Assembly: GCA_043778225.1 (NCBI GenBank)
Contig: JAYWGM010000073.1
Span: forward strand, 1 to 17,844
Length of the DNA stretch: 17,844 nt
Reading direction: 5' to 3'
Origin: Deinococcales bacterium
GTDB lineage: Bacteria > Deinococcota > Deinococci > Deinococcales > JAAFIG01
The notes under the pieces are model-generated. The model was not told where the DNA came from. It was given only the letters and a program-made list of their open reading frames with translations, and ran no database searches. Shown in pieces: positions 1-8,866 of the stretch; within the stretch, counting starts at the first letter, position 1, and each line of letters opens with the position of its first letter. The position numbers were made by a program, and so were the translations under genes.

Positions 1-480
1 TTCGACCAGTGCCATTCCAAGGGCTTGGATGCCATAGCCGCCAGCTTTGTCTAAGCCTTCGCCGCTTTTGGCATAGCCTAGAATTTCGGCATCCGATAGC
101 TTTCTAAATTTGACCCGAGTCATTTCGACCGCAGTAACCTGTTGGTCTGGCAACACAAAAGCAATTCCTGTATAAACTTCGTGCCAAACCCCAGAGAGTT
201 TTTTGATAAATTCGGCATTCTCGGCTAGGCTAATTGGTTTGTTCAAAATCAAGTTCTCGAGTGCCACGGTTGTGTCGGCTGCCAAAATAACGGCTTGTGG
301 CTCGAGACGCGCCACCGCTTGGGCTTTCTCGAGCGCCAGGCTTTGTACCATCTGGCTTGGGTTGGTCTCGGTACTTGTTTCGTCTATATCGGCTGCCAGT
401 ACCCGAAACGAAATGCCCAGCCGCTCGAGTAATTCACGACGGCGCGGGCTACCCGACGCTAAAATAAGTTCTTTATCCAC
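1..480 (-). CDS. maf: Maf family nucleoside triphosphate pyrophosphatase (3' end runs off the window)
   Basis: Not in the ORF track. Manual translation from GTG at 480 gives MDKELILASGSPRRRELLERLGISF, with SGEGLDKAGGYGIQ near position 1-70; both are Maf signature motifs. AAAGG RBS-like sequence upstream. Confidence 0.93.
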   Translation of the reverse strand, partial: MDKELILASGSPRRRELLERLGISFRVLAADIDETSTETNPSQMVQSLALEKAQAVARLEPQAVILAADTTVALENLILNKPISLAENAEFIKKLSGVWHEVYTGIAFVLPDQQVTAVEMTRVKFRKLSDAEILGYAKSGEGLDKAGGYGIQALGMALVE

Positions 481-581
481 GTTCGCCTTTCAAACCATGC
501 AAGCACAGTGGTCAATAGTGTAACGCCAAAATGTGAAAGCGTATTAGTTTCGTCCCGAGTTGGGTGTGTCAGAATCTGCGA

Positions 582-1145
582 ATGCCGCGAATCGTGATTG
601 GAATGACGGGTGCAAGTGGAATTCAATACGCTTTTGATTTATTAGAAACCGTGCAAAACCAGACCCTCGAGACTCATTTGATTATTTCTGAAGGGGCAAA
701 GCGAGTTTTGGCAGAAGAACTGAAAATGAATTCAAGAGACTTAGCCAAGCTCGTGACCCAAGTCCATGACGACCGCGATGTTGGGGCGGGAATCGCCAGT
801 GGCTCGTTTCGTACCCTCGGCATGGTTGTGATTCCTTGCAGTGCCAGTACCCTGAGTAAAATCGCCCACGGTATGGCAGACACGCTGATTACCCGAGCCG
901 CCCATGTCCACCTCAAAGAACGCCGCCCTTTGGTTCTTGTGCCTCGAGAAACGCCCTACTCGAGACCTATGCTTGAAGCGATGCTCAAAGCCCACGATGC
1001 TGGCGCACGGATACTGGCAGCCAATCCGGGGTTTTATGGCAACCCACAAAGCGTTAAAGACTTGCTCGGTTTTATCACGGCTCGAGTGCTTGACCAGTTG
1101 GGCATCGAGAACACCCGAAGCACTCGGTGGAAAGAAACAGACTAG
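582..1145 (+). CDS. ubiX: UbiX family flavin prenyltransferase
   Basis: RIVIGMTGASG, IASGSF, PCSASTLSKIAHG, RAAHVHLKERRPLVLVPRETP and PGFY motifs. Start placed at ATG 582, with CAGAAT 6 nt upstream. Confidence 0.95.
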   Translation: MPRIVIGMTGASGIQYAFDLLETVQNQTLETHLIISEGAKRVLAEELKMNSRDLAKLVTQVHDDRDVGAGIASGSFRTLGMVVIPCSASTLSKIAHGMADTLITRAAHVHLKERRPLVLVPRETPYSRPMLEAMLKAHDAGARILAANPGFYGNPQSVKDLLGFITARVLDQLGIENTRSTRWKETD

Positions 1146-2278
1146 GGTATCAAACGCAATAACTGCCCAGCCCCGTCGCAAGACTCAGACTCGAGACAGC
1201 CCAAGCCAAAAATCCAAGACGAACCAAGCCGTTCAAAACTTCGGGCAAAGCGACTCGTTGTAAAAAAGAACTGGGCGGTAAAATCTGCCCCATTGCTCGA
1301 GAGGTAGACCCGATTCGTGTAGCCATCGGAAGTTTTTGTGGCAGTTAAGAGCGCCACTTGGTTCTCGAGCGGCAAAATATCGGTTGGGCGCTCGTCGGCT
1401 GCCAAGATTATCCGTTGGGCATTGCTCAAGGAATCCGCCGTGTACGCAGCTTCGGGCAAGGCAACATTGTTTCCTAAACTCGAGGCGGTGTACAACAAAC
1501 GATTTTGATACCCGCTGATTCGCCCAAGTCGTCCGCGCCAAGTTGGTGGCAAATCGGGAATCAAGGCTTTATCGGTTTGCCCAGCACTCGAGAAAACCCC
1601 GTTTTGGTACTTAGCTAAACCCATACTCGAGTCGGCTCGAACTTCTTGGACTGCAAATAGTTGGTTATTCAGCACAAAAAACCGCGTGAAGGTCAAACCC
1701 AATAATTCTGGGGCAGTCACCGATTTCCAAGTTTGCCCAGCATCGGCAGACTCGAGTAAGCCCGGTTGAACAGTCGGGTCGTAGCCGCCAATGGTCACAA
1801 ATAACTTATTCTCGAATTCGATTAAGTCATAACTATGCACCCCAAAAGGAATCGTGCGGGTTTTATTCCAACACGGAATTGGCGCAAGGCACAAAGTCTC
1901 GAGGGTGTAGAAATTCCCCAGACTCCAATCCTCGAGCGGGTCGTAACCTGGAATAAAAACTTTGGCATCCGAAACGATAAAACGGTGAATTTGCTCATCG
2001 TCTATGGTAAATTCTTTGCTAAAAAAGTTATTGCTCGAAATTGAGACCACATCAATCTTTTTGATGTTTGTGCCAGAGTTGCGCCACGCATCACCAGAAG
2101 CAATCAGCACACGGTCTTGAATAAGTTGTAAATCCCAGACGTTTCTCGAGAATGGGTCTGGGTGTAAAAAAGGATTCTCGAGCTTCTCGAGTTTTTCGGT
2201 CACATCACCTTGCAAAATTGGGGTCGGTGGGCAAGCCACCAGAAATAAAAGCAGCAACCCAAGGAAAATCTGTTTCAC
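1142..2278 (-). CDS. Putative lipoprotein, likely beta-propeller with BNR/Asp-box-like motifs
   Basis: 378 aa ORF. Signal peptide with lipobox LVAC; SADAGQTW and SSNGADF resemble Asp-box motifs. TATTCT 7 nt before the GTG. Confidence 0.75.
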   Translation of the reverse strand: MKQIFLGLLLLFLVACPPTPILQGDVTEKLEKLENPFLHPDPFSRNVWDLQLIQDRVLIASGDAWRNSGTNIKKIDVVSISSNNFFSKEFTIDDEQIHRFIVSDAKVFIPGYDPLEDWSLGNFYTLETLCLAPIPCWNKTRTIPFGVHSYDLIEFENKLFVTIGGYDPTVQPGLLESADAGQTWKSVTAPELLGLTFTRFFVLNNQLFAVQEVRADSSMGLAKYQNGVFSSAGQTDKALIPDLPPTWRGRLGRISGYQNRLLYTASSLGNNVALPEAAYTADSLSNAQRIILAADERPTDILPLENQVALLTATKTSDGYTNRVYLSSNGADFTAQFFFTTSRFARSFERLGSSWIFGLGCLESESCDGAGQLLRLIP

Positions 2279-2326
2279 GGCAACCAGAATACCAAGAAAT
2301 CAGAGCAATCACTGTAAACTAAAGAC

Positions 2327-3685
2327 ATGACCACTGTTCTCGAGTCCCTAAAACGCGCCCTTGGCGATAAAGTCCGCGATAAAATCACCGACACGCTGCT
2401 GTATCGCTACGATGCCATTGCCCAAGGACCTGCCCCTAGAGCGGTGGTGCTTGCCGAATCGGCTCGAGATGTCGCCGTGGCGCTCGAGATTTGTAATGCC
2501 GCCAGATTCCCCGTTGTGCCGCGTGGCGCTTCCAGTGGCTTGTCGGGCGGAGCAGTCCCGATTGGCGACTGCATCATGATTGCCACCAACCGCATGACGC
2601 GGCTCGAGCTAAACCCAGAAAAGCGCACCGCCAGAGTCCAACCGGGCGTGATTACTGATGCGGTCAGTGCTGCCGCCAAGCCGCATGGTTTGTACTATCC
2701 GCCAGACCCAGCCTCGAGCCGCCAAAGTACAATTGGTGGCAATATCGCCGAGAATGCTGGCGGTCCACAGTGCCTCAAAAAAGGTGTGACTGGCGATTAT
2801 GTCCTCGAACTCGAGGTGGTTACAGCCGATGGACAGATTCAGCGCCTGACCCGAGACGGCATTGATTTGGCTGGTATGGTGATTGGCTCAGAAGGCACAT
2901 TGGCATTTGTGACCGAGGCAACCCTAAAACTCGAGCCACTGCCTAAATTTACCCGCACGGCGTTTGCAGTCTTTAATGAACTTGGGCAAGCTGGTCGGGC
3001 TGTGGCGCTGATTACCGCGAGGGGTTTAACCCCAGCCAAGCTCGAGTTGATGGATCAAAACAGCATCCGAGCGGTTGAGCAGTTTATGCAGATGGGTTTA
3101 CCAACCGATGCCGAAGCGATTTTGGTCTGTGATTCCGATGGCGACAATGCCGAAATTGTCCAACTCGAGATTGAGGGTGTTGCCGAGGCGTTTCGGGAAG
3201 CCAAAGCTCGAGAAGTGCGTTTGGCTGCCACCCCCGAAGAAGCCGCCCAGCTATGGAAAGCCCGCCGCAGTGTTTCGCCCGCCTTGGGCAACTTGCGTCC
3301 GCACCGTTTTAACGAAGACATTGTTGTGCCACGCAGCACTTTAGAATCGGCGATGCGCGAGATGCAGCAGCTTGCTCAAAATTACCCACAATTTCCATTT
3401 GCGATTTTTGGTCATGCAGGCGATGGAAACTTGCACCCCAACATCTTGTTTGACCGCAGCCAAGACGATATTAAAGAAGTAGACCATTTTGCCCATGAGG
3501 TGGCTCGAGTGGCAATTCGTCATGGTGGCGTTTTAAGCGGCGAGCATGGCATTGGTCTGATGAAGCGCAGTTTTATGTCCGAAGCCACTTCGCGCAGCAC
3601 ACTCGAGGCATTCTGGCGGATTAAGCACGCTTTTGACCCATATGGCATTATGAATCCCGGCAAGGTACTGCCCGAATTAGACTGA
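2327..3685 (+). CDS. glcD: FAD-linked oxidase, glycolate oxidase GlcD / D-lactate dehydrogenase family
   Basis: PRGASSGLSGG, YPPDPAS, STIGGNIAENAGG, GSEGTL, GHAGDGNLHP, SGEHGIG and FDPYGIMNPGK motifs. Confidence 0.9.
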   Translation: MTTVLESLKRALGDKVRDKITDTLLYRYDAIAQGPAPRAVVLAESARDVAVALEICNAARFPVVPRGASSGLSGGAVPIGDCIMIATNRMTRLELNPEKRTARVQPGVITDAVSAAAKPHGLYYPPDPASSRQSTIGGNIAENAGGPQCLKKGVTGDYVLELEVVTADGQIQRLTRDGIDLAGMVIGSEGTLAFVTEATLKLEPLPKFTRTAFAVFNELGQAGRAVALITARGLTPAKLELMDQNSIRAVEQFMQMGLPTDAEAILVCDSDGDNAEIVQLEIEGVAEAFREAKAREVRLAATPEEAAQLWKARRSVSPALGNLRPHRFNEDIVVPRSTLESAMREMQQLAQNYPQFPFAIFGHAGDGNLHPNILFDRSQDDIKEVDHFAHEVARVAIRHGGVLSGEHGIGLMKRSFMSEATSRSTLEAFWRIKHAFDPYGIMNPGKVLPELD

Positions 3686-3686
3686 G

Positions 3687-4181
3687 TTAGACCAATGCCC
3701 TACCAATGCGGGCAGCGGCTTCCTCGAGCGAAATATCCAACGCTAACGCAATTTCGGTCGAAACCATCTGCCGTGCATCTTCCATCATTTTGTGTTCGGT
3801 GGCAGACAGGGCTTTTTCGGCATCACGCCGTGCCAATGTGCCAACCAAGGCAGCAATCTTAAAAATGTCGCCTTCAGCAAGGATTTGTTGCTCTTTGCGG
3901 TGGCGTGGAGTCCAACCGAGCGGCAACTCGAGGTCTGGGCGCTCGAGTTCAGACATCAATTCTGGAACTCGTTTTTCTTCGGTGATGCGGCGCAGACCAA
4001 TTCGTTCGCCTTGCCCAACTGGCACAAGCACTTTGGTACTGCCTTTGACCAACTCAATTTCAAAATAATGGTTTGTTTTGCCAGCGATAATCCGTTCAAC
4101 TTGTCCAACGATGCGCCCCGCCCCTTGGGTCGGGTAAACGACACTATCACCAACTTTGAATGCTGCGTTTGGTACTGTCAT
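3687..4181 (-). CDS. carD: CarD family transcription regulator
   Basis: FKVGDSVVYPTQGAGRI N-terminal domain and conserved Trp in GWTPRHRK. Start placed at ATG 4181 with AAGGGG RBS. Confidence 0.92.
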   Translation of the reverse strand: MTVPNAAFKVGDSVVYPTQGAGRIVGQVERIIAGKTNHYFEIELVKGSTKVLVPVGQGERIGLRRITEEKRVPELMSELERPDLELPLGWTPRHRKEQQILAEGDIFKIAALVGTLARRDAEKALSATEHKMMEDARQMVSTEIALALDISLEEAAARIGRALV

Positions 4182-4298
4182 GGATTCCCCTTGTGGTGCG
4201 TCATGAAGGCGGCATAAATTGATTAAACGCTCGAGTATACACCTAGATTGCGATTCTTGCAACAAAAAGACTGTGCTTTACAGCTAAATGGTTAAAAA

Positions 4299-5114
4299 TC
4301 AACTGGTTTTTGAATCCAGCAATCCAGCTTGCTGAAATAATTTTTCTTTGTCAACACGGTTAATTTTTTGCCAATCCTGATTCGTCACCGCGCCATACAA
4401 TGCCAATAAAAAACTGCGTGAGGGCTGTATCGCCTCAGCTTCTCGCAGTGCCATGTACGCCTCGAGCGCCCCAAAGGTCTCGAGGTCGGCTTGGGTCTGA
4501 ATGCCAATACGCTCTAACAACCGCCCTGACCGCTCGCCAAGATTGCGTAAACTCGAGACTGGCACAACACTTGGGTCTTTGGATTGATGCCACGGTAATT
4601 CGGTTTGGTCACCTTGGGCAAACCAAACACACCCCAAAAAACTTATTGCCATACAAAGCGAACCAAAACCCCAAAAGACATTGGCAATAAAAGTATCGGC
4701 GGGCAGTAAATTAAGTGCCTCCAGCAAATAATTCCAATCGTGAATCACATTCTCGCCACCCAAAAGTGGCAACAGCATGGCTCGAGCATCGGCGATATAC
4801 ACAGCCGTATCGAGCAAATTGTAACCAAACCAAAAAAGCGTCGCAAAAACGGCAAATTGCTGCCGAGTTCGCCAAAATGAAAAAATAAACAACAATGGAA
4901 AAACACATTGCGTCAGGCTACCCGCTAAGATATTTAAGAACGGCGGAGCCCAGGCAAAAATAAAATAATGCCCCGCCTCATGAATCGCTAGGCTGACTCC
5001 ATGCAGCCAAGACGACATCACGGCATCACGATTAAAAACCAGGTAGGCACTGTATGCCCCAAGTATTACCGCAAAAATCAAACGACCGACCGAAAAACGC
5101 TTTAGCCACTCCAT
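4299..5114 (-). CDS. Multi-pass membrane protein with HExxH (M50-like) motif fused to a C-terminal TfoX_C-like domain
   Basis: Hydrophobic N-terminal ~170 aa with IHEAGH and HDWNYLL. C-terminal SLRNLGERSGRLLERIGIQTQADLETFGALEAY...LLALYGAV...WQKI matches the TfoX C-terminal domain pattern. Confidence 0.75.
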   Translation of the reverse strand: MEWLKRFSVGRLIFAVILGAYSAYLVFNRDAVMSSWLHGVSLAIHEAGHYFIFAWAPPFLNILAGSLTQCVFPLLFIFSFWRTRQQFAVFATLFWFGYNLLDTAVYIADARAMLLPLLGGENVIHDWNYLLEALNLLPADTFIANVFWGFGSLCMAISFLGCVWFAQGDQTELPWHQSKDPSVVPVSSLRNLGERSGRLLERIGIQTQADLETFGALEAYMALREAEAIQPSRSFLLALYGAVTNQDWQKINRVDKEKLFQQAGLLDSKTS

Positions 5115-5122
5115 GCCATCAA

Positions 5123-5179
5123 TTCTACTCGAGGCTGAAGAGAGTTTCTACTCGAGGCTGAAGAGAGTTTCTACTCGAG
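5123..5179. repeat. Perfect 23-bp tandem repeat (TTCTACTCGAGGCTGAAGAGAGT) x ~2.5
   Basis: Copies at 5123-5145 and 5146-5168, partial copy at 5169-5179. Each contains CTCGAG. Confidence 0.95.
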
Positions 5180-5181
5180 CA

Positions 5182-5604
5182 TCAAGAAGGTGTCGCATTG
5201 ACCTTGGTCCAATACTCAACAATTGTTTCAAGCACTGCCCGAAACTCGGTGAACTTAGCAGGTTTGACCACAAAACTATTTGCCCCAGCATTCAGCGCCC
5301 GTTCAACCTCGAGCCTCAATTTAGAAGTGCTAAAAACCACCATCGGTACACAACGCCACTCTGGTTTAGAGCGCAGTTTCTCCAGCACCTCGAGACCAGA
5401 TAGGCGCGGCAAATTGACATCTATCAGCACCAAGCGCGGCAGTTCATCCATCCACGACTCGAGCGTCTCGAGCAGTTGCTCACCATCAGAGGCATAGGTG
5501 AGTTGACAATGTGGCTCGAGAACTCGGCGAATCAAAAAGGCATGGTCTGGGTTGTCCTCGGCAAAGACAATATGTGGCAAAACAGCCTCGCTCGAGGGAT
5601 TCAT
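5182..5604 (-). CDS. Single-domain response regulator receiver (CheY/Rcp1-like)
   Basis: AEDN acidic pocket, LIDVNLP phospho-Asp, FSTS, and GANSFVVKP. Confidence 0.92.
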   Translation of the reverse strand: MNPSSEAVLPHIVFAEDNPDHAFLIRRVLEPHCQLTYASDGEQLLETLESWMDELPRLVLIDVNLPRLSGLEVLEKLRSKPEWRCVPMVVFSTSKLRLEVERALNAGANSFVVKPAKFTEFRAVLETIVEYWTKVNATPS

Positions 5605-5624
5605 GGCACAAGTCTACACCACCC

Positions 5625-5653
5625 TTGACCAAACGCCGCAGATACGTTAAACT
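5625..5653 (+). promoter_or_regulatory. Sigma70-type promoter of tRNA-Gln
   Basis: TTGACC (5625-5630), 17-nt spacer, TAAACT (5648-5653), upstream of the tRNA. Confidence 0.75.
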
Positions 5654-5684
5654 CTCGCCCGTTGTCCGCATTGGAATCCCTCGC

Positions 5685-5758
5685 TGGGGAATCGTCTAAC
5701 GGCAGGACAACGGTCTTTGGATCCGTTAATCGTGGTTCGAATCCACGTTCCCCAGCCA
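5685..5758 (+). tRNA. tRNA-Gln (anticodon TTG)
   Basis: TGGGGAA...TTCCCCA acceptor stem, anticodon loop CTTTGGA, T-arm CGTGG-TTCGAAT-CCACG, encoded 3' CCA. Confidence 0.97.
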
Positions 5759-5787
5759 AAGCTCGAGCAGTTTGCTCGAGCTTTTTT
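5758..5787 (+). terminator. Intrinsic terminator after tRNA-Gln
   Basis: AAAGCTCGAGCA-GTT-TGCTCGAGCTTT hairpin followed by a T tract. Confidence 0.85.
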
Positions 5788-5839
5788 GTTAATTTGAATT
5801 TGCACACCGTTAAGCAAAGTTTACTGGTATTCTAGTTTT

Positions 5840-5917
5840 ATGAAAGCTGTCATTCTGGCTGGTGGGCTTGGCACTCGTTTAGCCGAAGAAACCAGTGTTC
5901 GCTATTGGAGATTTTGA
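5840..5917 (+). pseudogene. rfbF: 25-codon N-terminal remnant of a sugar-1-phosphate nucleotidyltransferase (RfbF-like glucose-1-P cytidylyltransferase)
   Basis: Manual translation [31 protein letters not shown] 6 nt upstream. Its stop overlaps the next ATG (TGATG). Confidence 0.8.
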
Positions 5918-6387
5918 TGAACCAACCCTTTATACATCCTCAAGCCCTTGTTGAAAGTCGAAGCATTGGACCAGGTACTCGTATTTGGGCATTCGCCCAT
6001 GTATTACCAAATGCTCAAATAGGTGAGGATTGCAACATTTGCGACCATGTTTTCATCGAAAACGACGTTCTGATAGGACATCGTGTCACCATTAAGTGCG
6101 GCGTTCAAATTTGGGATGGATTAACCATAGAAGATGATGTTTTCATAGGTCCAAACGCGACTTTTACAAACGATGCTTTTCCCAGAAGTAAGGTACATCC
6201 AGATCGTTTTTTACGCACAGTCGTAAAGAAGAATGCCTCTATCGGAGCGAATGCAACGATTTTACCGGGCTTAATCATTGGTGAGGGTGCAATGATTGGG
6301 GCAGGTTCTGTTGTTACAAAAGATGTTCCACCTTTTGCAGTCATGGTTGGTAATCCTGCTTTTATTAAACGATTTATTGCCCCATAA
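5917..6387 (+). CDS. fdtC: Hexapeptide-repeat N-acetyltransferase, FdtC/QdtC/WxcM-like
   Basis: [31 protein letters not shown] and [11 protein letters not shown] motifs. GGAG RBS at 5907; adjacent to fdtA/fdtB-like genes. Confidence 0.85.
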   Translation: MNQPFIHPQALVESRSIGPGTRIWAFAHVLPNAQIGEDCNICDHVFIENDVLIGHRVTIKCGVQIWDGLTIEDDVFIGPNATFTNDAFPRSKVHPDRFLRTVVKKNASIGANATILPGLIIGEGAMIGAGSVVTKDVPPFAVMVGNPAFIKRFIAP

Positions 6388-6402
6388 TTAAGGAGTAAAC
6401 TG

Positions 6403-6813
6403 ATGAATCTTGATAAAGTTAGACTGATTGATTTACCCAAAATCACAGACCCTCGAGGCAACCTGACTTTTGTTGAGGGAAAGCAACACATCCCATTTGA
6501 CATTGCGCGTGTTTATTATTTATACGATGTCCCTGGAGGCGAGTCTCGAGGCGGTCATGCACATAAGCAACTCGAGCAGTTTATTATCGCCGTTTCAGGG
6601 AGTTTTGATGTTGTTGTGCGTGATGGTTATACGGAAAAGCGTTTCTTTTTAAATCGTTCTTATTTTGGGCTGTATCTGCCTAGGTTAGTTTGGCGTGAAC
6701 TCGAGAACTTCTCTTCTGGTTCAGTGTGCTTAGTAATGGCTTCAAAACGTTATGAAGAAGCTGATTACTACCGCAATTATTCTGAATTTTTGAAGGCTGT
6801 CGGCAATGAATAG
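6403..6813 (+). CDS. fdtA: dTDP-4-keto-6-deoxyhexose 3,4-ketoisomerase (FdtA/QdtA cupin)
   Basis: DPRGNL, IPFDIARVYYLYDVP, RGGHAHK, WRELENFS and YYRNY motifs. AAGGAG RBS. Confidence 0.92.
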   Translation: MNLDKVRLIDLPKITDPRGNLTFVEGKQHIPFDIARVYYLYDVPGGESRGGHAHKQLEQFIIAVSGSFDVVVRDGYTEKRFFLNRSYFGLYLPRLVWRELENFSSGSVCLVMASKRYEEADYYRNYSEFLKAVGNE

Positions 6814-7900
6814 CGTTCCTTTTTTAGATGTTGCAGCCACATATCAAACTCTTAAAGCTGAAATTGATGCTGCTGTTCAGCGTGTTTTACAACGCGGGTG
6901 GTACATTGGTGGTGATGAAGTTCAGTTGTTTGAGGCAGAATTTGCTGCCTTTGTTGATGCAAAAGGCTGTGTTGGTGTTGGCAATGGCTTAGATGCAATT
7001 ACCATTTCCTTAAAAGCTTTGGGCATTGGCACAGGTGATGAGGTGATTGTTCCCAGCAACACTTTCATTGCCACTTGGTTAGCTGTCAGTAGTGTGGGTG
7101 CTATTCCTATTCCAGTCGAACCCAACAAAAACACCTTTAATCTTGATGCAACTCAACTTCAATCAGCTTTAACGGCAAAAACCAAAGCTGTAATTGCCGT
7201 GCATCTGTATGGTCAACCAGCAGACCTCGAGCCAATTCAGAAGTTTTGCCAAGACAATCAACTCAAACTGATTGAAGATGCCGCCCAAGCCCACGGCGCA
7301 CGATACCGAGGAAAACGAATTGGATCTCATGGGGATGTTGTGACTTGGAGTTTCTATCCTGGAAAAAACCTTGGGGCTTTTGGCGATGGTGGTGCAATCA
7401 CTTCAAATAATTCTTCCTTACTCGAGCAAATTCGGATTCTGAGTAATTATGGTTCACCAACTAAATATGTGCATCAAGTTCAAGGTTTCAATAGTCGCCT
7501 TGACACTTTGCAGGCTTGTGTGCTTCGGGTCAAACTGAGATATTTAGAGACTTGGAACTCGAGGCGAAAAGAAATTGCTAAAATGTACATTCAATCTTTG
7601 AACACTGTTCAATTACCATTTGTACCGAACTGGGCAGATCCTGTTTGGCATTTGTTTGTCATTCGGCATCCAAATCGTCAAGCCCTGATGAGCCATTTAC
7701 AGGCAGAAGGTGTGCAAACTGTTATTCACTATCCAACTCCGCCACATCTTCAGCTTGCTTATTCAAGCCTTGGTTATTCAAAAGGTGATTTTCCTATTGC
7801 TGAAAAAATTCATCAAGAAGTTCTAAGTTTACCAATAGGACCACATTTATCTGAAGCACAAGTACATTATGTGGTTGCCAAGGTACAGGATTTTCAATGA
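6806..7900 (+). CDS. fdtB: DegT/DnrJ/EryC1/StrS aminotransferase (FdtB/QdtB-like)
   Basis: VHLYGQ, IEDAAQAHG, SFYPGKNLGAFGDGG (PLP lysine) and GFNSRLD motifs. Confidence 0.92.
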   Translation: MNSVPFLDVAATYQTLKAEIDAAVQRVLQRGWYIGGDEVQLFEAEFAAFVDAKGCVGVGNGLDAITISLKALGIGTGDEVIVPSNTFIATWLAVSSVGAIPIPVEPNKNTFNLDATQLQSALTAKTKAVIAVHLYGQPADLEPIQKFCQDNQLKLIEDAAQAHGARYRGKRIGSHGDVVTWSFYPGKNLGAFGDGGAITSNNSSLLEQIRILSNYGSPTKYVHQVQGFNSRLDTLQACVLRVKLRYLETWNSRRKEIAKMYIQSLNTVQLPFVPNWADPVWHLFVIRHPNRQALMSHLQAEGVQTVIHYPTPPHLQLAYSSLGYSKGDFPIAEKIHQEVLSLPIGPHLSEAQVHYVVAKVQDFQ

Positions 7901-8865
7901 CCGCACTTCAGGCAACCCCTAAAGTTTCGGTCATGGTCATTACCTATAACTTTGCCGATATTGTCCATGAAACGATAGATAGTGTTTTAAGTCAAGATTA
8001 TCTCGATTTTGAATTGATCATTGCTGATGACGCTTCCACAGATGGGACACAAACTATTCTTCAAGAGTATGCAAGTCGTAACCCAGACCGAATCAAGCTC
8101 ATACTGAACCCGAAAAACCTTGGTATCACTGCGAATTGTAATGTTGCTTTTTTTGCTTGCAGTGGAGATTTAATTGCCATTATGGGCGGTGACGATGTAA
8201 TGTTTCCTCAAAAAATATCATCGCAAGTACAAGTCTTTACATCTGACAATAAAGTGGTTCTTTCGTACCATCCCGTAGAAGTTTTTGACTCGAGAACTGG
8301 TAAAACCATATATGTTACAAATCAAATTGCTTCTGAAGATACGCCTGATGTACTAGCAATCATCCGTCAGGCAGGTATTCCGGGAGCATCTTCAGTAATG
8401 GTCAGACGCGATGCCTGTCCTGAATACGGTTTTGATACTCGTATTCCGCATGCTAGTGACTGGAAACAACAGATTGATGTAGCTTTACGTGGTCAGGTCG
8501 TAAAAGTTAATCAAGTCTTGGGGCGGTATCGTAGACATATAAATAATGTCAGCAATAGAAAATTTGAACTGATTGATGAGAGTCTAAGTGTTCTTGACAT
8601 CACACTGCAAGAAAACCCTGATTATCCAGGATTAGCTGAAGCTGTACGTGTTGGCAAAGCAAGGTACTTAGCGGGAGAAGCATATGTACAAATGTCGTTA
8701 AACTCACGACGGGCATCCGAATTAATAGCTCGAGCGCTTGAGCTTGACCCAAGCAATTACAAGCTACGTCTGATGAATTTTGTGAATCATCATGCTTCAT
8801 TACGATTCTTAGCAAAACATTTGCTCCCTAAGTTTCGCCGATTTTTAAAACGATGGGCTTCTTAG
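7897..8865 (+). CDS. Glycosyltransferase family 2
   Basis: PKVSVMVITYN, IDSVLSQ, IIADDASTDGT, GDD and ASDW motifs. Confidence 0.92.
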   Translation: MTALQATPKVSVMVITYNFADIVHETIDSVLSQDYLDFELIIADDASTDGTQTILQEYASRNPDRIKLILNPKNLGITANCNVAFFACSGDLIAIMGGDDVMFPQKISSQVQVFTSDNKVVLSYHPVEVFDSRTGKTIYVTNQIASEDTPDVLAIIRQAGIPGASSVMVRRDACPEYGFDTRIPHASDWKQQIDVALRGQVVKVNQVLGRYRRHINNVSNRKFELIDESLSVLDITLQENPDYPGLAEAVRVGKARYLAGEAYVQMSLNSRRASELIARALELDPSNYKLRLMNFVNHHASLRFLAKHLLPKFRRFLKRWAS

Positions 8866-8866
8866 T

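Noticed and set aside
203..523. 106-aa plus-strand ORF
   Set aside because: Antisense shadow of maf. The same applies to the other short ORFs overlapping ubiX, the lipoprotein, glcD, carD, the glycan genes, wbaP and the IS.
5123..5179. Possible mini CRISPR array
   Set aside because: Repeats are head-to-tail with no spacers, and there are no cas genes.
5113..5403. 96-aa ORF starting in the tandem repeat
   Set aside because: Antisense to the response regulator, with no recognisable motif.
5601..5807. 68-aa minus-strand ORF
   Set aside because: It is the reverse complement of tRNA-Gln and its terminator.
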